Assembly (NCBI GenBank): GCA_934096315.1 | Contig: CAKOLT010000004.1 | Location: 1 to 52,818 of the forward strand | Reading direction: 5' to 3' | Source of the DNA: an uncultured Bacilli bacterium | GTDB taxonomy: Bacteria; Bacillota_I; Bacilli_A; RF39; UBA660 | Length of the DNA stretch: 52,818 bases | Shown: one piece after another, positions 45,613-52,818 of the stretch | How the letters are laid out: each line of letters starts with the position of its first letter | Numbering within the stretch: the first letter of the stretch is position 1 | Notes under the pieces: model-generated | Told to the model about the DNA's origin: nothing | The model's input: only the letters and a program-made list of their open reading frames with translations | Database searches by the model: none | Program-made: the position numbers and the translations under genes

Positions 45613-46578
45613 TTAAAGACTTGTTTTAATACACACAATTTCTTTTGGTCTTACTAAAAGACCACCATACACATATAAACCTTTTTGTGCTGTTTCAAAT
45701 CCATCTTGGACTTCGTAGTTAATTACTTTTTCAATTTGTTCTGCAAATGCAACAGCTTTCTTAGTTCTTAAGAAGTTAAGAACTTTTCCGTACCCAGAGA
45801 TTTCATAATAAGAGCTTAGACTAGCTTTAGCAGGAGATGTAACTTCTGTATAAACATAAGCACTTGCTTCTCCACTTCTTGTATAGTAAGTTTTACCTTC
45901 AACAATATCTGTATCAGTTGTTACTGCATATGTTGGGTCTATCTTAGGTAAAAGATTTTCAATGGTAATTAAAGCATTACCATATTTACCTACAATACCT
46001 TTCTTAGCCATTTCAACATTGTTAGTATATAACTCTGTTAGGTTTTGTCTAATTTTGCTGAAGAATCCTGGATCATTTTCTGAATATAATTCAGTATTTT
46101 GCGGAACATTATTCCTATATAACTTAACAAAGCCATCTTCTAGTTTCTCAATAGCATTAGACTTAGTAGCTGATGTACCATCAATTATTTCAACAGTACC
46201 AGCATTAACACCATCATTAACTAGTTTAGCAACGTATTTGTCTCCCTTTTCAGAAAGTGCAATTGCTCCTTCTTGACAAATAGCTTCTAATGCACCTGGA
46301 ACAGTTTGAGCTTTATCAACATGGTCAATACCAACATTGAAATAATACATTTGATCCATTTCGAATTCTTTTTTAGTTACACTTGCCTTATCTCTTTTAA
46401 TTGAAACTCCTGGTGTATATTTTCTTACTAAAGGTTTATCTGCATTTAAAATTATTACCTTTCTTGCATTATGTGTATCTTTTTCATATTTGAAATCACT
46501 ATGATTTCTTAATGAAGTTATAGTCTTTAGGGCTCTTTCGTACCCCTGATGCCAAATTGTTTGTCTTGCATCGTTCAT
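45613..46578 (-). CDS. Major capsid protein (HK97-fold, P22-coat-like candidate)
   Basis: 321 aa. RBS AAGGAGTGAT. Follows the scaffold gene and is followed by a terminator. Composition and size are typical; family not verified. Confidence 0.65.
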   Translation of the reverse strand: MNDARQTIWHQGYERALKTITSLRNHSDFKYEKDTHNARKVIILNADKPLVRKYTPGVSIKRDKASVTKKEFEMDQMYYFNVGIDHVDKAQTVPGALEAICQEGAIALSEKGDKYVAKLVNDGVNAGTVEIIDGTSATKSNAIEKLEDGFVKLYRNNVPQNTELYSENDPGFFSKIRQNLTELYTNNVEMAKKGIVGKYGNALITIENLLPKIDPTYAVTTDTDIVEGKTYYTRSGEASAYVYTEVTSPAKASLSSYYEISGYGKVLNFLRTKKAVAFAEQIEKVINYEVQDGFETAQKGLYVYGGLLVRPKEIVCIKTSL

Positions 46579-46592
46579 TTTCTATCACTCCT

Positions 46593-47453
46593 TTATTTCC
46601 ATTTCCTTTGAGAAGCCATTACTTTTTCCCAGACACCTGGTTTTTCCCATTCCTCAGGAGTAAGTGCTTTTACTTCATCCGGAGTATAAAAGTCTTTTTC
46701 TTCTTTTGAAACAGTATTTTTCATGCTTCCTATTTTTTCAGCCTTTGGTTTAGACTGATGTGTAACATTATACATTTCGTATATTGTTTTAATCGGTGTT
46801 TTTGTATTAAATTGACTAACAAATTCTTTAAATTCAGAATTACTTAGTATTTCTTCTTTTACACCTAATTCTGCTAACTCTTTAACTTGTTTTTGATGAG
46901 TTAGTTCATCTGCAAGAGTATTAAACATAACTTTCTCTCTTGGTGTCATTTTGTCTACACCAATAGCAGCCAGTCTATTTGCTTCTTCTTGCATTTCCTC
47001 AAAGCCTAAATCAATAATTTTAGAAGCCTCTGCTTTACCTAAAATCTTTTCATCTTCTTCAGAATATCTAGGTTTTGAATAAACAGGTATATCAATTCCT
47101 TGCTCTTTGTAGAATTCTCTCATTTTTTGGTTTGCTTCTGATATATCCTTAGCACCCATACCTGCTTTTAATATACTGCTAGTTTCTTCATAATTGGCTA
47201 ATTTATCAGAATATTGCTTTTCTATCTTCCTTTTTTCCCTTTCGATTTTTTTCGGAAGTATGTCGTTTATTCTGTCATTAACCATCTTTTCTACTTCTTC
47301 TGCAGTAAATAATTCTTCTTCTTTTTCTTCTTCGTTAGAAGCGGTATCAGTTAATTCTATACCTTCCTCAATTTCTTCTACTGGTTGAGCATCAGTATTT
47401 TCAGTTACATCTGTATCTGTAACAGGCTCTTGAACATCGTATTCTTCGTTCAT
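46593..47453 (-). CDS. Scaffolding protein
   Basis: ~286 aa, very acidic N-terminus and helical K/E-rich body, between portal and capsid. Start at ATG 47453 after TAGGAGGGAAG. Confidence 0.6.
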   Translation of the reverse strand: MNEEYDVQEPVTDTDVTENTDAQPVEEIEEGIELTDTASNEEEKEEELFTAEEVEKMVNDRINDILPKKIEREKRKIEKQYSDKLANYEETSSILKAGMGAKDISEANQKMREFYKEQGIDIPVYSKPRYSEEDEKILGKAEASKIIDLGFEEMQEEANRLAAIGVDKMTPREKVMFNTLADELTHQKQVKELAELGVKEEILSNSEFKEFVSQFNTKTPIKTIYEMYNVTHQSKPKAEKIGSMKNTVSKEEKDFYTPDEVKALTPEEWEKPGVWEKVMASQRKWK

Positions 47454-47543
47454 TTTCTTCCCTCCTATTTTTAATAAGTGTTTGACTTCACTTTCCATCT
47501 TCTTTTAAAGTCTTACAATGCTTGGACTATTAAAAAGCAACAA

Positions 47544-49250
47544 CTATTGTGTAGTCATTGCTTGATTAATTAATTGATTTCCATATTGTCCTATACCAGT
47601 TATATCTTGCTGATTTGCAATAAAGTTATTGGCTTGCATTTGCAATTGTTGAGCCTGTGTTTGAATATCTGCTATTCTTTGCTGAGATTCTTTCATTTTC
47701 TTTATCGCTTCCTCTAATTTAGATTTAGGCATCGAACTATCATCGTCTAGCAAACTAACGTATACTTCTAATTCAGATAGTTTTTGTGCTGTAAAGTATC
47801 CTGCCTTTAGCATATTTTCTAAAGACAACTCTTGAGCATATTTATCATAAGGACTCTTAGGCGTAATATCTATTTTTACATTTGCTTGTAATTCTTGTAA
47901 TACACTATAAGGCACCTTAACTGGTCTAGAACTTACTTCACCAGTAGTCGGATTAGATTCTTCATAGTCTATTACTAAACCATCTGTAGCATATGTTTTC
48001 CACATATCTAGCCATATTCTTGCTAATCCTTCTAAAGCAGTCTTTAATGACAATGTCTGCTCTGTTACAGGCATTTGTGATGCTTGTTGTACTGCAAGTA
48101 TTGCTTTACCACTTGCAGTTTCTGGATTAACATCACCAGTAGCAATATCTCCAGCACCTGCAAGTTCTCTTGTAGTTGATATTAATTCATTCATTACCTT
48201 TTCAACATCTGCACTCATTTGTGCTGGCTGAATAATGCCTACAGCTTTTTTTACATCATCTACATTCATACCATTAACTTTAATGGTACCACCAATCTTA
48301 TCTATTGCATTAGGATTTTGTATTTTAGATATATCAACAATTTTTTGTGGATAAGCAGTAGTTTTAGCGGTTATTAATCTTCTCATTATAGTTTTGTTAA
48401 TTTCTAACTGATTAGGTATTAAATATCTAACCTCACCTTCTCCTCTAGCATATCCTTCTCTTTCTTCCCAAAGCATATGTTCGAGTGGATAAAGTGTAAG
48501 CCCTGTGTCTTTATCTTCTTTAAGATAACAATATCTTGTTGCTTGGCTAAAATGGACTGTACCATTTTCTTTATATAGTTTAGTAATAATAGTTACCATG
48601 TCATCTTTTTCTTCTCTCGAGTCTTCTCCAGCCTCTTCAAAGGTATCATTGTCACCTGCTATATACTTTAATTTATCTTCTGAAACTCCTGATAGCCTAG
48701 CCATTTCAATAGTATTAATAACTGGTTTTCTTTGTTTAATTAAGATATATGGCTGATTTTGTATGTCTGAATCATTTTCATTACCATAATAAACATCATT
48801 TTTAGATAGTATTTCATTTCGTGGCATATTTGTTTCTTCATCATAATCAACATAAATAGGGCATTCATCGTTTATTGCAGAATGTTTACTTATCGACCTA
48901 GTTTTATAGTCCATATTGTCTTTTTCCCACACTTTAGCCGAAAGTTTATTAAGTAATTCGCAAGTCTTGTTTGCTACATCTTTAAACTCTTTATTCTCGA
49001 AGTTTTCGGCACTAAATACTGGCAAATACATGTTATTATTAATAATACCAACTTTATATTTTACAATCGGTTTAATTATGTTTAATTGAATAGGTTCTAT
49101 CCCGCTAATCTTTAGTCCAGCCCATTGATTGCCATTGTACATTCTATAATTTCTATCAGTATCTGAATATAAGTTCTTTAGTCGATTATAGTTTCTACCT
49201 TTTTCATATAGCTCCCATATATCAGTTTCTTTTATTTCGTTTAAATCCAT
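47544..49250 (-). CDS. Portal protein
   Basis: 568 aa. RBS AGGAGGTG. N-terminal RNYRMYNGNQW-type motif and Q-rich helical C-terminus (QRIADIQTQAQQLQMQANNF). Position downstream of terL. Confidence 0.75.
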   Translation of the reverse strand: MDLNEIKETDIWELYEKGRNYNRLKNLYSDTDRNYRMYNGNQWAGLKISGIEPIQLNIIKPIVKYKVGIINNNMYLPVFSAENFENKEFKDVANKTCELLNKLSAKVWEKDNMDYKTRSISKHSAINDECPIYVDYDEETNMPRNEILSKNDVYYGNENDSDIQNQPYILIKQRKPVINTIEMARLSGVSEDKLKYIAGDNDTFEEAGEDSREEKDDMVTIITKLYKENGTVHFSQATRYCYLKEDKDTGLTLYPLEHMLWEEREGYARGEGEVRYLIPNQLEINKTIMRRLITAKTTAYPQKIVDISKIQNPNAIDKIGGTIKVNGMNVDDVKKAVGIIQPAQMSADVEKVMNELISTTRELAGAGDIATGDVNPETASGKAILAVQQASQMPVTEQTLSLKTALEGLARIWLDMWKTYATDGLVIDYEESNPTTGEVSSRPVKVPYSVLQELQANVKIDITPKSPYDKYAQELSLENMLKAGYFTAQKLSELEVYVSLLDDDSSMPKSKLEEAIKKMKESQQRIADIQTQAQQLQMQANNFIANQQDITGIGQYGNQLINQAMTTQ

Positions 49251-49261
49251 TTTAACACCTC

Positions 49262-49525
49262 CTAACTAGGTATATCTTTAGGTATATCTTTCTGTCCTAA
49301 TCCTGTACCATCATAATTATCTATATTAGCCATCATAGTATCATAGGCGTCTTGTTTTTTCTTTTGTTCAAAAGTTTCTATTTCATTTCTAACTATCTTA
49401 ACAGGATTAACTTCTGGCATTTTTATTTCTTCATTGTTCTTTAACTTCTGACCGTTTTCGAGTCCTAAAGTATAAGCTAAAATTATAAAGATACCAAATA
49501 AAAAAAGTAATGCTATTGTTTCCAT
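49262..49525 (-). CDS. Small membrane-anchored phage protein, unknown function
   Basis: 87 aa. N-terminal TM ALLFLFGIFIILAYTL. TAATG-coupled to the upstream mini-ORF. Confidence 0.5.
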   Translation of the reverse strand: METIALLFLFGIFIILAYTLGLENGQKLKNNEEIKMPEVNPVKIVRNEIETFEQKKKQDAYDTMMANIDNYDGTGLGQKDIPKDIPS

Positions 49526-49671
49526 TACTTATCACCTTTTTTTGTTTTCTTTTTAGGTTTAGTTTCTTCTAATACTTCCTCTATTGTTTCGGTTATTATC
49601 TTATTAGTTTCTTTCTCTCCAATTAATTCATTGCAGCTTTCTCTTAACTTTCTTAACATTTTCTTTTTCAT
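49525..49671 (-). CDS. 48-aa highly charged mini-ORF (not in the supplied track)
   Basis: Translation: MKKKMLRKLRESCNELIGEKETNKIITETIEEVLEETKPKKKTKKGDK. Its ATG overlaps the terL stop (TAATG), and its stop overlaps the next ATG (TAATG). Confidence 0.4.
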   Translation of the reverse strand: MKKKMLRKLRESCNELIGEKETNKIITETIEEVLEETKPKKKTKKGDK

Positions 49672-51178
49672 TATACAATCACTATCTCCTCTCCATAATC
49701 AGCCTCTAATGGCTCTTCTGACTTGAAATTAAATGCTTGGCTTACTTCTATTGCTTCAACATCAAATATTACTTGTGTCCTTGAATAATAGGCTATAGCA
49801 AGCCCCATTACCAAGTCATCATGGGCTCCTTGTTGTGCTTCTGGTCTTCCCTTTTCATTCCGAACAAAAGTTAGCATTTCTTCAAGTGTTAATTTATCAT
49901 TTATTAATTCAACAGATTCACGAACTATTTTAACTAGTTCTGCTATTATAACAGGTCTTGTAAGTGTTGTAGTCTTAAATCCATAGGACTTGTCCATTAT
50001 ACCTGTATATCTATCTTCTTTCTCTCTTACGAACATATTAGAATAACCTAATCTTACTAATTCTTTATTAGGAAAACTACTAAAATTACTTTCAATGCAC
50101 ATAAGAGCAGGTGTTACTACACCAGTCTTTAAGTTCTTATTAGCATAGTACCAACCCAAACAATACATTTGTCTTACATATAGATCCTCATCCATCTGGT
50201 GTCTTAATCTCGCAACTTGTTTGCCTGTCTTTGCATTAAGTACATGTCCAGTAAACCAGTCAGATCCTTCACCAGCAGTATCACCACCTATACAATATTT
50301 GTATAAATTAGGCAACTCATATAGTTCTATATAACCATTCTTATCATTTATCCACTTAATATCAATAATCTTTTTGCCAGTGGGCATTGTGTCGTCATAT
50401 TTATATTCAAAATAACCAGTCTTGATAGGTCTAGTTATCTCTTGCAACCTTCTACTTACTGCTCTTGCATCAAATACAGTCTTTCCTAATACTCCCCACA
50501 TGCCCAAACAATAAACATTGTAATAGTACTCATCAGTGTCTTTATAGCTCTCTAGTAACTTCTTATAATCTTCATCTAAGAATTTATTATCCTTATACGT
50601 TGTATGTACTATAGTTAAATTATCTCTTGGTATATCAAAGAATTTCTTTTTTAGCCAATGATTAATGTCGATTGGATTAAAAGATATAACTATTTGTTTC
50701 TTACTCCCTTTACCTCTTAACCTAACATCTAATTGATTGAAATCGCTTTCTAGTATTTCAGAAGCTTCTTCTATCCAGATATCAGTAAGTTCACCTTTAC
50801 TAAAAGTGACTGATTTTAACTTTTCAACATCATCTAGTCCACTGAATATTATTTCATTACCATTAAGTAAACACTTTATTCTTAGATCACTTTCATTTAT
50901 TTTAAAGTGCATACCTAAATGCCATTTATTAATAACCTGCTTAAACAAAGCAAATGTACTATCTCTATTACTCTTACCAGTAGCACGAACTGTCAATAGA
51001 TTCATCATTTTTGAATTGAGTATTTTGTATATGTATCTTTCAACGACAAAGAAAGATTTACCACTACCAGTCAGGCTCCACCATAAAATATCAAATATCT
51101 ATCTGTGTTGCCAAGATATGGTATATATACATCATTAAATACTTTTTTCGAGATTTGAATATTTATGGTGTTGTTCAT
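49671..51178 (-). pseudogene. terL: Terminase large subunit (PBSX/Terminase_3-6-like) interrupted by a frameshift inside the Walker A motif
   Basis: The N-terminal 35 codons (51178..51074, MNNTINIQISKKVFNDVYIPYLGNTDRYLIFYGGA) end at TGA 51073..51071. The rest (GSGKSFFVVERYIYKIL..., Walker B DIWIEEA, nuclease motifs GGDTAGEGSDW and AHDDLV) continues in the -1 frame through the 445-aa track ORF. RBS GGGGGTGAT precedes the 51178 ATG. Confidence 0.8.
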
Positions 51179-51194
51179 TTTATCACCCCCAAAG

Positions 51195-51722
51195 TTAATT
51201 TAGACAAAAATTATATCCTTTTCTATTTTTCATTCCTTTAAAAATAGAATTATATATAGTTTTTTTATTTATATTTAATGCTTTAGAAGCAATAGTGATG
51301 CTTTCGTATGTATTAATATAAATACCATTCAAAAATACTTTAATTGATTTCTTATTGGTTTCTTTTCCATTGAAAGCATTATTCAATACTTGCCTTTTAA
51401 ATCTTTCATTATTGGCAAAGCAATGTTTAGTATTTCCACTAATTGTAGTCCACTCAAGATTTTCAACATTGTTATTTAATTTGTTACTGTCTAGATGATT
51501 GACAATATTATAGTCTTGTTTATGTTCTATAAATGCTTCGGCAACAAGTCTATGAACTCTTTTATAACATCTAGAATTGTTGTGACTATTAAATAAACAA
51601 ACTTCAAAATAACCATCTTTTGTAACTTTTGGTTTTAATATTTTATTTCTTTTTACTGAAAAAACTCTGCCATCATTACTCACTTTATATAAACCTTCAA
51701 AGTTTTTAACATCCCTAAACAT
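51195..51722 (-). CDS. Free-standing HNH homing endonuclease (NUMOD4 + HNH_3 + C-terminal HTH)
   Basis: Motifs FRDVKNFEGLYKVSNDGRVFS (NUMOD4), VHRLVAEAFI...VNHLDSNKLNNNVENLEW (HNH_3) and C-terminal ASKALNINKKTIYNSI. Start at ATG 51722 after AAGGTGAT. Confidence 0.8.
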   Translation of the reverse strand: MFRDVKNFEGLYKVSNDGRVFSVKRNKILKPKVTKDGYFEVCLFNSHNNSRCYKRVHRLVAEAFIEHKQDYNIVNHLDSNKLNNNVENLEWTTISGNTKHCFANNERFKRQVLNNAFNGKETNKKSIKVFLNGIYINTYESITIASKALNINKKTIYNSIFKGMKNRKGYNFCLN

Positions 51723-51732
51723 CAATATCACC

Positions 51733-52035
51733 TTATTCATCTACTATATCAACTTTAATCGTATACATTGCCTCTTGTTCTACTTTATCAACAGGTTTCT
51801 CACCTATGGTATCTCTTATTACTTCATATGCCTTGGTATTACCATTCATTGCCTGTTTAATCAAAGCTAATGATACCTTTTCTTGTGTATTACCTTTAGA
51901 TAATAGTAATAACAGTTCTTCTTTCAGTGCTTTTCTTTCTTGTCTACTTTTACCACTAGCTTTTCCTCCATTTTTTCCTTTTTCTCTCGCTTCGCTCTCG
52001 GTTCGAATTGGTTTTAGGTTGGTTACGTTTGCCAT
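51733..52035 (-). CDS. terS: Terminase small subunit candidate
   Basis: ~100 aa. Basic N-terminus NLKPIRTESEAREKGKNGGKASGKSRQERKA, helical C-terminal half, first gene of the late operon upstream of terL. Start at ATG 52035 after AGGTGAT. Confidence 0.55.
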   Translation of the reverse strand: MANVTNLKPIRTESEAREKGKNGGKASGKSRQERKALKEELLLLLSKGNTQEKVSLALIKQAMNGNTKAYEVIRDTIGEKPVDKVEQEAMYTIKVDIVDE

Positions 52036-52162
52036 TACTATCACCTACTTTCTTATAAATTAAAAAGACACTAATGTGTCCATATCTAATTACATACCAA
52101 TTAGAAGGATAAATAAAGAAGGTATGTAATTTAATAATTTCATAATACCATTGTATACCTAG

Positions 52163-52182
52163 TTTTGTGCAATTTTGTGCAA
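52163..52182. repeat. Tandem 10-bp repeat TTTTGTGCAA x2 (minus strand TTGCACAAAA x2) in the late-operon control region
   Basis: Exact adjacent copies at 52163-52172 and 52173-52182, directly downstream of an extended -10-like TGTATAAT on the minus strand. Confidence 0.7.
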
Positions 52183-52213
52183 TTATACAAAATTATGTCA
52201 AACTAAACACAAA

Positions 52214-52246
52214 CAAAAAAAGAACCCTGGAAAAGTTCTTTTTTTA
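52214..52246. terminator. Bidirectional terminator separating the regulator gene from the late operon
   Basis: AAGAAC-CCTGGAAA-GTTCTT hairpin flanked by an A7 run and a T7 run. Confidence 0.65.
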
Positions 52247-52344
52247 AAAAAGTTGTGGAACAACAACAATCGTCAATAATAATATATAACATTTTTTTAA
52301 TTTTTACAATAGATTTAATTCATTTTTTATATTATATATATTAT

Positions 52345-52764
52345 TTAACTTTGATATAAGTTTTTCTTCATTTCATCAATATAATTATAAACTTGCCTTA
52401 CACTGTATCCAATCAACCTGTAAAATTTATAAACCGACCTATGCTCTATCCATTTATAAATGTATATCTTATCATATACATCTCCCTCTTCTTTCATTTT
52501 GATTAATTTTTTCTTACATTCATAATTAAGCATATCTCGTGTGTTTCTACTTTGGTTAATTAATTTATCAACTTCATCCATTTTGCTCACATAATTAACT
52601 AAATTGGCATCTGGTGAAATATTACTAGTTGCCATAATTTCTTTAGACTTGATCGCTCCTGGCATCACCGATAATATTAATTCACTCTTCTTTTCTAAAG
52701 CATCATTATAGTTTTTTTCTGCTTTTTTTAATCGCCTAATCAATTCGTGGTATTCTAAATACAT
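52345..52764 (-). CDS. Putative late-gene transcriptional regulator (ArpU/RinA-like, C-terminal sigma-region-4-like HTH)
   Basis: 139 aa. The C-terminus KFYRLIGYSVRQVYNYIDEMKKNL is HTH-like. Position immediately upstream of terS, separated from it by a terminator. Family not verified. Confidence 0.4.
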   Translation of the reverse strand: MYLEYHELIRRLKKAEKNYNDALEKKSELILSVMPGAIKSKEIMATSNISPDANLVNYVSKMDEVDKLINQSRNTRDMLNYECKKKLIKMKEEGDVYDKIYIYKWIEHRSVYKFYRLIGYSVRQVYNYIDEMKKNLYQS

Positions 52765-52818
52765 TTCTACACCCCTTTTAAAATATTTTGAATGTCTTCC
52801 TCCGAAAATTGTCTATTT

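Larger units (their letters stand above)
28745..52818 (-). mobile_element. Prophage, late-gene arm only (lysis, fibres, giant ORF, head, packaging); right part continues beyond the window; left boundary uncertain within 28730-29023
   Basis: Uninterrupted, tightly coupled minus-strand block containing terS, terL, portal, scaffold, capsid, fibre-like genes, holin-like genes and endolysin, abutting tRNA-Gly. No integrase or att duplication is visible in the window. Confidence 0.85.

Noticed and set aside
51071-51073. The TGA that interrupts terL might be read as Trp (genetic code 4, Mollicutes-like), given the very low GC.
   Set aside because: Reading through TGA in that frame gives WLVVVNLSLSLKD... 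and loses the P-loop, while GSGKS lies in the -1 frame. TGA also clearly terminates other genes here (for example 42909-42911 and 34700-34702).
51071-51110. Programmed -1 ribosomal frameshift or short translational bypass in terL.
   Set aside because: The frame-overlap window (ATA TTT TAT GGT GGA GCC TGA) contains no X_XXY_YYZ heptamer. There are no matching take-off/landing codons and no obvious downstream stimulatory structure. It is kept only as an unlikely alternative in the terL finding.
52163-52182. Possible CRISPR or other repeat array anywhere in the window.
   Set aside because: Only two-copy tandem 10-mers occur (52163-52182 and 28745-28765), and there is no repeat-spacer periodicity anywhere in the window.

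Overview
Very AT-rich (about 25-30% GC by eye) chromosome segment from a small-genome, endospore-forming Firmicute (Clostridia/Erysipelotrichia-like; I cannot place it further without searches). Almost everything is transcribed on the minus strand, and many genes are translationally coupled through TAATG/ATGA overlaps. Positions 1 to ~28.7 kb are core chromosome. This part holds envelope-sugar genes (galE, a GtrB/CsbB-like GT2, UDP-GlcNAc 2-epimerase), zinc-ribbon membrane proteins including a PrsW-type protease, and tRNA-Ile/tRNA-Glu followed by a Thr T-box leader and thrS. It also holds the conserved mreB-spoIIID-spoIIQ-like-spoIID-DUF1146-rpiB-rpmE-murA block, a zinc-ribbon/P-type Ca-ATPase operon, an XRE/LemA cluster, mntP, spoIIR, prmC-prfA, dinB, tex and tRNA-Gly. 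From ~28.75 kb to the window end (>24 kb; integrase and early genes lie outside the window) is the late arm of a prophage, read on the minus strand. In transcription order it encodes a late-regulator candidate, terS, a free-standing HNH homing endonuclease, terL (interrupted by a frameshift inside the Walker A motif) and two tiny ORFs. These are followed by portal, scaffold, capsid, four unassigned structural genes, a 2,377-aa giant ORF, four fibre/receptor-binding genes, three small lysis-cassette proteins and an M23 + 2xCW_7 endolysin. No tail tube, sheath, tape measure or chaperone frameshift pair is visible, so the layout is podovirus-like. The stand-out feature is the giant ORF. It is a chain of globular modules joined by low-complexity linkers, two of which are near-identical at the DNA level, plus glycine-zipper and hydrophobic segments. 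It sits where ejection or internal-virion proteins normally sit. I interpret it as a virion-delivered polyvalent effector/ejection protein whose module combination I do not recognise. All family assignments are from motif recognition by eye and need HMM or structure searches.
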